Shown in pieces: positions 25,501 through 33,387 of a stretch of DNA of 64,000 nt (the first letter of the stretch is position 1; the number at the start of each line of letters is the position of its first letter). Source of the DNA: Coniocarpon cinnabarinum. Its lineage: Eukaryota. The position numbers and the translations under genes are program-made. Location: contig JAVECO010000005.1 in the NCBI GenBank assembly GCA_051942205.1, positions 124,001-188,000 of the forward strand. Reading direction: 5' to 3'. Under the pieces are notes generated by a model that was not told the origin of the DNA, did not search any database, and saw only the letters and a program-made list of their open reading frames with translations.

Positions 25501-26242
25501 GTACCAGGATCAGCGTCGCATGTCAAAGTCGCGTAACAGGCCCAAGCACGCTCTGTACGGTATCACGTCCGGAGGCAACGCATTTGCTAATACGATGGCT
25601 TCTGGGATCGGTGGGCTTGCACGTCAGCCTTTGGAAGGGGCTGAGAAAGAAGGCCTGGGCGGCTTTGTGAAAGGAGTTGGCAAAGGCGTGCTTGGCTTTG
25701 CGACAAAGACTGCCTTGGCTCCGATCGACCTGACGAGTTCTGTGTTCGAGGGTGTCCGGAATACGACAACATTGTTCGATTCAACAGAACTGGATCGCGT
25801 AAGGCCCACCCGCTTCATTGCCGCAGACCAGGTAGTCAGACCATACAGCCAACGTGAGGCTCTGGGCCAATTCTGGCTGAAGACTTGCGAGAACGGCAAG
25901 TACTTCAACGAACAATACATTGCACACCTTGACTTGGCCACTGGCGGCAGCAGTCGTAGCAATGCCCCACCGCAGGAAAGTCCTGTCGGCGGAGACATTC
26001 TTGTGATGCTCACATACGATCGCATCATGTTGATCAAGACACGCAACCTGCGTGTCGAATGGGATGTGCCGCTGCAAGATATCCAGCGAATTAGCAAGGA
26101 AAGGACAGGCATGAACATGCTGCTGAAGAACAGGCAAGGACCTTTCCTTCCTATCAGTGACGAAAGTCAACGCAACTTCTTGTATCGCCAGATCAAGGTC
26201 GCGGTGGACGCATATAATGAGAAATGGCAGGCACGCGGGTGA
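16589..26242 (+). CDS. VPS13: Vacuolar protein sorting-associated protein 13 (bridge-like lipid transfer protein), 3217 aa, single ORF
   Basis: Chorein N-terminus MFEGLVANLLNRFLGLYVKNFDPKQL. Further motifs SAWEPLIEPW, WIQIDNQLYGGIFP and LGSADFLGNPVGLFNNVSSGV, plus the ATG_C-like GGFVKGVGKG. Confidence 0.98.
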   Translation: MFEGLVANLLNRFLGLYVKNFDPKQLSIGIWNNEVKLRNLELRKEALDQLKLPLNVIEGHVGELTLLIPLSNLRGKPVRVNIEDVNVLAVPREDVDLDPEEERNRKHRIKMEKLESAELLKQRNNEGLSKEEQQKQQSFVTSLTTAIVDNLQVTIKNIHVRYEDVISNPGHPFAAGLILHELSAVSTNDQWQPTFIQSSSDTTHKLAKLEALAFYWDTDADLIGPGKASGDAPTTEAVLTKIKEFGLHPSIHQYVLKPVSGQAGLQMDKTGRIDRPKVKARLFFDELGFILDDSQYRDSLKLLDNLHYFTRHQETKMLQPKSRPMEDPRAWLHFAGKAIFDQIHERNQKWSWSYLKERRDDRIRYIDLFKQRKREEQLPKDKQQEIEALERKLSYEDLRFWRSLARNQLRKEGGLKSTASQAQPQQQKQTWSSWIWSSGSSKSSDAGDNKEGASDESHISEKDKDALFSVIDWDEKAAVAEAVDVPKETVKVQVRVSLQTGSFTLKRDPRAENTEIVNLLFDSLHTTFIQRPTSSLLRLSLGGLRLYDDTTPNNLYRQTITVKDAPQLQIEDQSSNETEEAAVKNALSLSDTQADEHYDQAFFAMTFEQSPIDDSADSAVNVKLRGMEVVYNPALVVEIAKFFKPPETHMESISALMDSAGEAVEGIRKQTRAGLEFALEEHRSVNVKLDLQTPLIIVPDSVVKESSTCMIVDAGHISANSELISKDTIKEIQDKQSQQYSDEDYRRLEGLMYDKFNLKLESTQVLIGPNIQATREQLEAQTPSHNFHVIERINMDFLVESCIVPKGSNLTKFRISGKLPLLHASFSDAKYKSLMRLISVAIPNFDDDDSESAQTASMTAQKALEEPNGHVETSMRPRSKSFQFSAQEHAILVDEEDEIDKQQTFEDTTQGHQDSEDDLTQRMFEFNFVVEKLQGSVFKSDAQHEASDKLLARLVGEHFGLQFFMRNYDMTAEVQLSSLALEDHVEEEPLEEFKNIISSEDSSDNPSKELLRVKYFGVNKNSPEFMTTYEGCDTNVEVTVSTINVFVTRRTLLTLLDFVMDTFVSSDDDESSQDEKGAGDAAKNNQVTDTQIQTAPESKIRIKTELKRIALILNNDGIRLATLGLDTASVNVLVLSKTMRVAARLGNMSLVDDVNQGADLDSPLRKLLTIEGDNLADFTYDTFDAESETYPGYDSAVYLRSGSLKVNFVTEPFRKIMDFGVKFGKMQTMFAAARLAAANQQFSPSGTMQFDVVMRTPIVVFPAAVVGMGSQKDSLTAYLGEVYAKNNYTPLDDAQNSDTANEFTAGIRNVRLQSLLHYSEDRSEQLELIEKVDLGFSMTNVEHKKGSKRPEWEIRSTLSDVNVRITSQQLKLVMGLVTTVPEAFATESDVDVERDVEKELPSTTIQPAKRLIKAPEGPSADVQKPSQLNPELDAGAEKWSSMDLVFKAGAIGLELIQDEPNNPVGDTKKASLSRFSLNRTRIKARMMSDGGLESELQIESFTVQDTRQRETNKFRKIMSLNNSDISQQFMASFTMSGGQESNMMVLLTVDSPRIILALDYLLAVQSFVGAGLTTEEEDNVEQILQQEEAASDEDLTGHEEKPSPKPEDKTKSDSGGSLSFRINLVDAQVVLLANPAMASSEAIVLGMKQTIVTQQHALTLQVEKVGMFLCRMDKFDTSRLRILDDFSIATSHDVRTQNSSSSMINIQVDVEPLILRLSVRDVQMILAIITKATSSSDQNKPPPKSEKPEKVKQIQGSSHAPSTRRASTARRQTLPSTKSQRTQKPSEPTESQGQGTTSVILKREQANIHVNGIRVVLIGAVHELPILDWSVKQFGIDVRDWSGAMTAETSVDTFFNIYNFSKSAWEPLIEPWTIGFHMSQQQNPSKLVVELYSRKTMEATLTPASIALLYKTFVMISDNNEDVLSKPRRSDAPYRLRNFTGFTMSVWSQSGEGSEGSAAKLSDGEEIPWRFEDASTTRETLAPEGSTGNLGINLEESGFDSVDKIPVGREGEALYGLTPRQDKVLHRFLVEVKLKSDNIKYITFRSPLIVENNTQIPIELGVYSPEEGHLVKVEKIAPGDYRPAPVGAAFMHSVVVRPDEGFGYTWSNERLFWKDLLKTPTNSITCRGEQGNEAPPFYFQMNAIYEKHNPLTKIYPYMKIRLSPPVELHNLLPYDFKYRIYDKNTKRDWTNFLRKGGISPGHVMSLSHLLLLSIDLQDVPFKQSDFAIINTPTREYKRESNLVVKDENDIPLRLKLHYYTMPDTGGAFKVSIYSSHVVLNRTGLELDLRSKQFMGTTKGAAGAKQTSKAGIADGRPERAKPFMFSFPTDDQKNRALVRVGDSDWSKPQSLNAIGTQYSATVPSPNGKSEMQLGVSITQGEGKYNLTKVVTVTPRYLIRSRLKEDVDIREPGSSNVTTLKSGDLHPLRYMRPNQAQQLSLCFPGLNNQWSAPFQISNVGRVHVKLAKEKQRQQLIKVEILMEEATIFLHLSETEQWPFAVRNESDTEFRFYQANPNVDAEDEDQSTNFRAIRYRIPSRSIMPYAWDYPASRNKDLVLDFEGKTRHVKLAEIGPQKPWSIPGDQGRLKAIGVDVVADGPKQELVLSNFKQALSMFRAKSSTSVKSMEDKFELKEQSSPVTMSINLRLAGFGMSIINQHFRELLYVTFRDLELKYNDSELYQTVDWTTKWIQIDNQLYGGIFPILLYPSVVPKTGRELETHPIFHAAVTRVKDDSYGVLYIKYATFLLQQMTCEIDEDFIFSMLDFIKIPGITPEVDDSQGKLCDEELDIPEPQKEEQGQDMYFELLHLQPIQIDLSFVRTERINAEDTMAVNNPFMFAVNVMTMSLGNVNDAPLRYNALMIENARISLAMLMSNIQSHFVQESLRQMHIVLGSADFLGNPVGLFNNVSSGVADIFYEPYQGLVMTDRPQDLGLGIAKGASSFVKKSVFGFSDSMAKFTGSISKGLAAASLDKEYQDQRRMSKSRNRPKHALYGITSGGNAFANTMASGIGGLARQPLEGAEKEGLGGFVKGVGKGVLGFATKTALAPIDLTSSVFEGVRNTTTLFDSTELDRVRPTRFIAADQVVRPYSQREALGQFWLKTCENGKYFNEQYIAHLDLATGGSSRSNAPPQESPVGGDILVMLTYDRIMLIKTRNLRVEWDVPLQDIQRISKERTGMNMLLKNRQGPFLPISDESQRNFLYRQIKVAVDAYNEKWQARG

Positions 26243-26692
26243 TTCATTGCACTGCATGCATAAGGCGTTTGGAGGATACTGATCATGTTTATCACGAGTT
26301 GATGATAGATAATTGTGGGAATCAGATGAGCATGGACAATGGTGCGAGTTGCGTCCACATGTATCATCATCGCATTCTTTCACGGACATCCGCCTCTGCA
26401 GCATGATTGCATAGGCTTCACGGACAATCTTCTGAGTCTTGAGCACCGCTACGAACTTGCTGTGATTTCGTACCCTGCCAGTCCCTTCACCCCACATGCC
26501 GCACAACGGCGAAGCAGTCATACTATGGACGTGGGGTAAACCTGGAAAAAGACACGTGCTCCAAGCTTGTACTTTCTATCATTCATGAATTTTGGTTAAA
26601 GGGTTTGGATTCACAAGGATTGATGAGCGCGTAGACACATCGTATTCCATTGGCCGCGCTGGACGATCGGTCGCCTCTATATAGCAGCAAAT

Positions 26693-28290
26693 ATGCCTTC
26701 TTTTGTAGCAGCCATCGACCAAGGGACCACCAGCACCCGTTTCATGATCTTTGATCTCGCAGGTAGATCAGTCGCCGATCATCAATTGGAATTCAAACAG
26801 ATATATCCACATGCTGGGTGAGTGGCATTGAGTCACATGTTCCCAAGGCTGCAATCACTAATGCCTCCATAAGCTGGCATGAACATGATCCAGCTGAGCT
26901 GCTGTCGTCTGTAGAAACATGCATTGAAAACTCTGTTGCATCCTTTTTAGCTCAAGGCTACAAGCTGTCTGATATTGCAGCAATAGGCCTGACCAATCAG
27001 CGTGAGACCACCATTGTGTGGGATTCTGAGGCTGGGAAGACCCTCTACAATGCTATTGCCTGGCCGGACACGCGCACGGCGGGTCTTGTGCGGGACCTCA
27101 AGAAGCGTCAAGGGGCGGATGAATTGCAAGGTATTTGCGGTTTGCCTTTGTCGACTTACCCTTCGTCGGTGAAGCTCACATGGCTTTTTCACAATGTTCC
27201 CAAAGTCCGTGAAACCTACGAGGCAGGACGGCTCATGTTTGGCACACCGGACACCTGGTTACTCTGGAATCTCACAGGACGAGAGGTGTTTGTGACTGAT
27301 AAGACCAATGCATCGAGGACAATGTTCATGAACTTGAAGGAGTTCAAGTACGATCAGAACGTCCTGCGCTTCTTCGACTTGGATCCCGCGAAGATCAAAC
27401 TACCGCAGATTGTGCGCTCTTCAGAAGAGACGGCATTTGGCAAGTTTGCGGCTGGCCCGCTGAGGGGTATGCGTATCACTGGAGTACTGGGAGATCAGTC
27501 AGCAGCTCTGGTGGGCCAGCAAGGCTTCTCGGCTGGTCAAGCAAAGAACACCTACGGTACTGGTTGCTTTTTGCTCTATAATGTTGGGCCAAAGCCAGTG
27601 TATTCAACCCACGGTCTGCTCGCAACTGTAGCGTATGATTTCGGCAAAGACACCCAACCGACGTACGCCCTCGAAGGGAGCATCGCAGTCGCAGGCTCCG
27701 CTGTCAAATTCTTGACGAGCAATCTGGAGCTGGCAGAGAAGTCACATGAAATCACCGAGCTGGCCAATAGTGTCCCGGACAACGGAGGTTGTGTATTCGT
27801 CACAGCTTTCAGCGGATTGTTTGCACCGTACTGGATAGACGATGCCCAAGGTACGATTTTTGGATTAACTCAGTTCACCCAGAAAGGACACATAGCTCGT
27901 GCAACCTTGGAGGCCAGCTGTTTCCAAACTAAAGCTATTCTCGACGCCATGGAAAAGGACAGCGGCCATTCACTTGCCAAATTGGCAGTTGATGGCGGCA
28001 TGAGCAACTCCGATCTCTGCATGCAAACCCAAGCAAACATCACTGGCATCCCTGTCGATCGGCCTGCCATGCGTGAGACCACATCTCTGGGTTCCGCCAT
28101 TGCAGCAGGGTTTGCAGTGGGCGTTTGGAAAAGCCTTGACGAGCTCAAGGAAATCAACCAGTCTGGTCGTACAGTCTTCGAGTCGCAAATCACCAAGGAT
28201 GAGAGTGCGAAGATGTACAAGGTCTGGTCTAAAGCCGTACAGATGTGTCGCGGATGGGTGCAAGAAGAAGAGGCCGTCGAAAAACTCTGA
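26693..28290 (+). CDS. GUT1: Glycerol kinase; exons 26693-26817 and 26874-28290
   Basis: FGGY motifs [69 protein letters not shown] and VDGGM. A TATA-like CTATATAG lies just upstream of the ATG. Confidence 0.96.
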
Positions 28291-29370
28291 AGCGAGTACT
28301 GTGTGACTCTCAACAAGGTCGACGTGTGTTTAGTGACACATGCGAAAGTCTGCTGTGAAAGTTGACAACAACGTTCATCGGTGCAGGACTTCGGGTGCAC
28401 CGCGGAGCGCCGGAGTGCCATTGCCGCGGAATCGAAGACGGAAGAAGCAAGAATACAAATTGAAGAGCTATGAGGACACTCTTTGACTGACTCTGGCATA
28501 TCTCAGTTCGATCTCCTGCACAGAAGACATTGGGTTGTACCCTCGACAGTATGTGCGATTGGGTTCAAGTTGAATACGGCTGTGGCCATCGCCGACATCT
28601 GGTCAAACTCTGGTGTGCTGAATATCGCGACACGCAGAAGCGTTGTCCGTTGAAAGTCGTTGGGAGGTATGAGTGATGGACAAAGCCGCGACTGCCGAAG
28701 GAGCTGATACGTCTATTATAGACATTACTCACTCGAAGCAAAATGTGGTGCGCCAATCAAAGTGACGCTCAGAATGGAGACTGTGTTGATATTAATGTGC
28801 CGCAGGCGACTGTCGAGAGACGAATAGCCTCAAGCTGCGGTCACAGAGAGCGAAGTCGCCCTGAGCGAACCATACATCCCGAGCCACCATCAGCAATCAA
28901 AGCTGGAAGCACAACCAGATTGTGACAGGGTCTAATCACGGCATCCGGCATATACGTTGGCGGCTCCAATCCACATTAACATGCATACACCCGCCAACGT
29001 CAGTCTTCAACACGATGCTCTTTTAGCAGTTCGTTCGACAAGGGTAACGTTATTTTCTCTAGGAACTCCCTCGTCAGCTATGTCGTCGGACGTTCAGGCT
29101 CAAACTTGTGCTGTTCACAACTCAGGTGCCACAAACAGCGCACGTAACGAAACACAAAACCATCTTGTGGATCTGAGTAAGGGCCCAGTCCCGTTCGACG
29201 ATGAGAGTAATACAAATGAAATATTCTTGTGAAAGGCTATGAAAGGTACATCCGCTAGGATGGCGAAAGGACGTTACACGCTCATTACTTCAAGTCCCAC
29301 GTCGTAGATTTCGTCTACACTCGCACCAGTTGACTGAACCATGAAGCAGCGATTGCCCAAGAGGATTGCT

Positions 29371-31248
29371 TCAGCCGCCAAGGAAAGTTAGCTGTTGCTC
29401 GATGAACGCTTTGGTCTCTCCATATGCCTCGACGTGGTGTTGCTGATGTTGTGAAGCATCCTTCTCCAGCTTATCGAACTGATGCTCCACATATCCCGTG
29501 ACCTCAGTCAACGCCTGGGTCAGCTGGTCAATGCGCTGCTTCTGCGCCGTGGCTCGTGTTTCGGTATGCAATGCTTTCGATTCGATCCGGCTTCTGTCTT
29601 GCTCAAGGTTGCGGACCAAATTCTCGAGCGATGCCACTTCTGACCGGTAGCTCTCCAGCGCGTTTTGCAGACGCTCAACGGACAAAGCCTGGTTACGTGT
29701 TTCTTGTTCGGACCGCTGGGCTTGCGCAGACGTGGCATCGAGATCTCGAGAGACGCTCTCCAGTTTGGCTTCCAGATCCTCAATAATATGATCCCTTTCG
29801 CTTATGAAGCCCGCGCGAGCATTGGCTGCAAGCTCCAGGTCGCGAATGCATTGCTCTTTTCGCTGGATTTCACCAAGTGCGCCTTGTCGCTGGCCAAGTA
29901 GGATTGTCTTCTCGTTTTCTGCGTGCTCGAGCTTCTCCAGAGTTATCTTGAAATGATTTCGCATGGCCGATTCGGATTGGGCTGATACGTCAGCTGCTTT
30001 GTCGCATTCACGGACTCTGGCCACCAGCTTGCGGACGTGGTCCAGCATTGCAGGCAGCAGAAGGACGTTTTCAAAGCCGCCAGGGGTTTCGCCGGGAAGC
30101 AGATACTCAAGGTCGAGACGCACATGTCGAAAAGCGTCCTTGATGCTTTGTACGAGCTGTTCAGACGTCGCCGTGCCATCATTGAAGCCCAGAGCAAGGA
30201 GCTCACCGTGAAGCAGGTGTAACGCCGCTCGCGCATCCGAAGCCTGGCGTTGAGCGTCTGCCAACTGCTCACTGAGGTCGTGAGCATTATACGAAAATTC
30301 GGTATGGACAGATGTCTGGACTGCGGCATCGGCAATTGGTGACGACGGCGGCAAGGGACTACTTGCTCTCATGGCTGGCGAGCTACTAGAGGTGTTGATC
30401 TCTGCCGCAAGTGGCGACGTGGGCTGCTCCAGGTCGTCCCAGAGATCCTCGTCAGAATCAAACTCGGTGGGCGACCCCTCGATCCTCCGTCGTTCTTCCT
30501 CCTCCTCATCCCGGTTGGCGATGTCCTGACGCAGACGCTCGAGCTCCTCCCGCAGCGTGTGCGCGTGTCGTTCCTCCTCTGTACCGACCTGGATGCCCAG
30601 TTGACGCTGGGATTCGAGCTCAAACATGAGATCTTTGATCCTGGCCTCGTTCTGCTGACCCTGTGCGCGCAGATGGTCAAGTTCCTTGCGATCGCGCTGC
30701 TCTTCACGGCGTCGAGAATCGATGTTGTTGACTTCTTCGCTGAGATGATTACGGCGGAGACGACGCTGCATCCGCTCATCGATGATCTGGCGCAGTGGCG
30801 CGTACTGAATCTCTCTTATCACCGGAGATGAGACGGGGCTGGATCCAAGCCGAGCTGGCATCGTGACGCGGCGCGAGCCGAAAAGACGTGACGGGCGACG
30901 CCTCAGAAGGGCGGCGCCTTGATCCTCATCGAGCAGGATGGTACGACGGAGTGAGGGCGTCAAGCCGGTGCTGCTGGAGCTGTGACCATGCAGGCCTTGG
31001 GCCGGCTCACTGAAACGGACGCGCTTGGCCTTGCGCGGAGTCAGAAGACCAACATTGTTGCTGTGTTCTTGGTTCTCGGCTTTGACATCGGCCAAGTCGC
31101 CTCGTTGATCTGGCGAAGCAGGCGAAGGGCTGTGACTGGCGCTGGCGCTGGCGCGACTTCCACTGCGGCGCTTCCTCCCTCGAGGCACCGGCTGCGTCCG
31201 TGGCGGGCTAGACGGAGGCGAGGCGAGGCCTCTGGCTCGCGTACGCAT
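29371..31248 (-). CDS. Uncharacterised coiled-coil protein (625 aa) with a basic, SP/TP-rich N-terminus and a KRVRF motif
   Basis: Long single ORF with an ATG start. Heptad-rich E/Q/R/L central and C-terminal regions. Conserved-looking segments KRVRFSEP, TGLTP and PLRQIIDERMQRRLRRNHLSEEVN. Confidence 0.8.
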   Translation of the reverse strand: MRTRARGLASPPSSPPRTQPVPRGRKRRSGSRASASASHSPSPASPDQRGDLADVKAENQEHSNNVGLLTPRKAKRVRFSEPAQGLHGHSSSSTGLTPSLRRTILLDEDQGAALLRRRPSRLFGSRRVTMPARLGSSPVSSPVIREIQYAPLRQIIDERMQRRLRRNHLSEEVNNIDSRRREEQRDRKELDHLRAQGQQNEARIKDLMFELESQRQLGIQVGTEEERHAHTLREELERLRQDIANRDEEEEERRRIEGSPTEFDSDEDLWDDLEQPTSPLAAEINTSSSSPAMRASSPLPPSSPIADAAVQTSVHTEFSYNAHDLSEQLADAQRQASDARAALHLLHGELLALGFNDGTATSEQLVQSIKDAFRHVRLDLEYLLPGETPGGFENVLLLPAMLDHVRKLVARVRECDKAADVSAQSESAMRNHFKITLEKLEHAENEKTILLGQRQGALGEIQRKEQCIRDLELAANARAGFISERDHIIEDLEAKLESVSRDLDATSAQAQRSEQETRNQALSVERLQNALESYRSEVASLENLVRNLEQDRSRIESKALHTETRATAQKQRIDQLTQALTEVTGYVEHQFDKLEKDASQHQQHHVEAYGETKAFIEQQLTFLGG

Positions 31249-31406
31249 GACGGGCGTCCTCCACGACGAGACCTACCTTGTGGGGGAGGGCGAGGAGCAA
31301 GACAGCGGCGCACAGCAGGCAGCACAGGGGAAACAGACGAGGTTGTGGGGATCTTAAGTGAATTGCAAGAAGATCAAGGCGCGAAGCGACATGTTTCAGT
31401 TTACTT

Positions 31407-31720
31407 GTAAACAATGGCATCATGGCTACTCGAGTGGGCTAGCAACAAACAAGGGTGCGAGGAGCAGCTTCATTGGACTGCAGACGCCCACCTTGGGGCG
31501 CGTTTGAAACGACGCGCTTCAGGTGCCGGGGATCTAAACACCTGTCTACGATCGTCTCTAGGGATGGACTGTGACCCACATAGATGGTGTTGTGGAGCGT
31601 GCCCCAAGCTCAAAAACAGATCTATTTGTTTGTTTGTTTATACGACTGCTAGAAAATCATCCTATAGACCGTCGCGTCCACAGAAAGGGAGACGCGTCAG
31701 AAGCGAATATCGCGACGCGT
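31407..31720. promoter_or_regulatory. Candidate cell-cycle promoter: forkhead-type GTAAACAA (31407-31414) and MCB ACGCGT boxes (31692-31697, 31715-31720)
   Basis: The exact motifs are present upstream of the minus-strand coiled-coil gene, with extra CGCG cores near 31498-31517 and 31673. Function is inferred from yeast MBF/Fkh motifs. Confidence 0.4.
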
Positions 31721-32679
31721 GATCGACGCCACGTGATCTTGGTAGGTCAAAGGTTGGATCGCAAGTTTATGGCACTGTGCCCCAGTGTTCAAGACTGAAA
31801 ATACAAGCAGCATACCTTATGCGATAGAGAAGCCTACCCAGGAGTCATACCATAGCACGCCGAAAGCCACAACGTCTCGGGAGTCGCCGAACATGTCCAG
31901 ATTCTTTATGCACTGCTCTTTTCTGCAAGCGACGAACAACGGGGAAGAGGCCAAACATCAGCATTAATCAGTGATTACCGCACTGTCTTCGTTCTTCGAT
32001 AAAGTTCAAAAGGTTCTTCACCGCCTTTCATAGCTAGGAATGTAAGGCGACCCTTTTGCCGTCGCCGCGTCCCGCAGAATCTGCGTCATTACTGGTGCGT
32101 TGATGACAGCGATGACTCTGGGTCGAGCATGATGCAACACTACGTATATTGATCCCACACCACCGATACCTTTGCCACTTAATAATGTATGTTCTGCATT
32201 TTTTCAAGTTGAATTACAGCCTGCTGCGTTTCCAAGTCGAGCATTGCAACACCTTTGTGAGGCAATTTAAAGCCAGCAACAGCCTGGTGGACCTCCAGAG
32301 TGACTGCCGACAGGCGGAGAGAAAGCTCATATGTGCAGGGCGCGCTTCGTAGCCCAGGTCGCCTTTTGATGTCTCAACGATCGAGGAAAAACCCCATCCC
32401 CTGTCTCTTTGTGGTCTGACAACACTTTGGGTTCGATGAACGCGTCCAGGCCCTCGTCCAGGCCCACTGATTGATATCGTCACATAGACTAGAAGCCAAC
32501 AGGTGAAAACGCGGGAGCGTCGCGTTCAACAGGTGTCTCGCGTAGTGCCAGGAGACCGATTGATTTGGGAATAGCCCAAACTCGTTTCGCCCGCGGGACC
32601 ACTCTTCCTCATGTACCGACTTCGCGAAACCAGCATCATGACGAAAAGCAACATCACGTCCGTCGACGACGCTGAAAAA

Positions 32680-32950
32680 GTAGGCCAAAAATTCCGAACT
32701 GACCCGAAAGCCCGTTCAAGCAGTCAAAAATTTATAGTTTTCAACCTTCGACACGTCAGCAGGAATCTTTCAGTGTAGGTAGGAGGTTAGACTCACCAGC
32801 AAAAACAGGGGCTCAGCCAAAGCTTCACTGCCACCCGTAATGCCTATCGATCGTTAGCATGAAAGGCGTGGAGAGGTGTGTAGTTGTGAGTGGGGGTGAT
32901 GAGAAGGGTGGTGAAGGTTGTAGGTGAGAAACTTACCCTTGCACTTGGAT
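32680..32950 (-). ncRNA. U4: U4 spliceosomal snRNA gene interrupted by two spliceosomal introns; exons 32950-32937, 32843-32797, 32745-~32680
   Basis: The spliced sequence (~127 nt) reads AUCCAAGUGCAAGG|GCAUUACGGGUGGCAGUGAAGCUUUGGCUGAGCCCCUGUUUUUGCUG|GUUGAAAACUAUAAAUUUUUGACUGCUUGAACGGGCUUUCGGGUCAGUUCGGAAUUUUUGGCCUAC. It shows a U4-type 5' end, a k-turn, UUGCUGGUUGAAA, a 3' hairpin and an Sm site AAUUUUUGG. Confidence 0.88.
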
Positions 32951-33387
32951 GAAGAGAAAGGAAGAAGAGTCGAAGCTGCGGACGAAGTTTTATTGGGGTC
33001 ACGCTTGGACCATGTCTTGGCGCGCTAATCAGTACCGGACAAGCGTATACGATGCCCTAGGTAGGGTGTCAGAAATCGTGGCGCCAATGCCGCAGCGCGA
33101 ATATTACTTAGATTTTCAAGGCCTCGTCAGAATTCTTGATTCTAGAGTCAATTCTCCAAGCCCATACTAGACGTGCTCCAATTCGATTAGTCCACTTGTA
33201 TTTGCACAGAGGCGCAGGACACTTTCAGAATGATTTCTTGTACACGTCTCGCTGCCATCACCAAAGACACATTGCAAACACCGGCGCTCAATAGCAAGTA
33301 GATGTTAATACCCTGCCAAATTGTGCATTCGCCAAGAACATTTGATTATTCTCCACATCTAGTAGATCTCCAGCAAAGCGCCAATGC

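Noticed and set aside
16732..26521. Many antisense and alternate-frame ORFs inside VPS13 (likewise within other long genes)
   Set aside because: These are shadow ORFs caused by codon bias of the real gene.
32214..33170. Short ORFs around the U4 locus (32214-32483, 32374-32688, 32949-33170) as a small protein gene
   Set aside because: They have no recognisable protein features. The upstream minus-strand ATG (33013) stops after four codons, and the spliced exons fit U4 structure instead.
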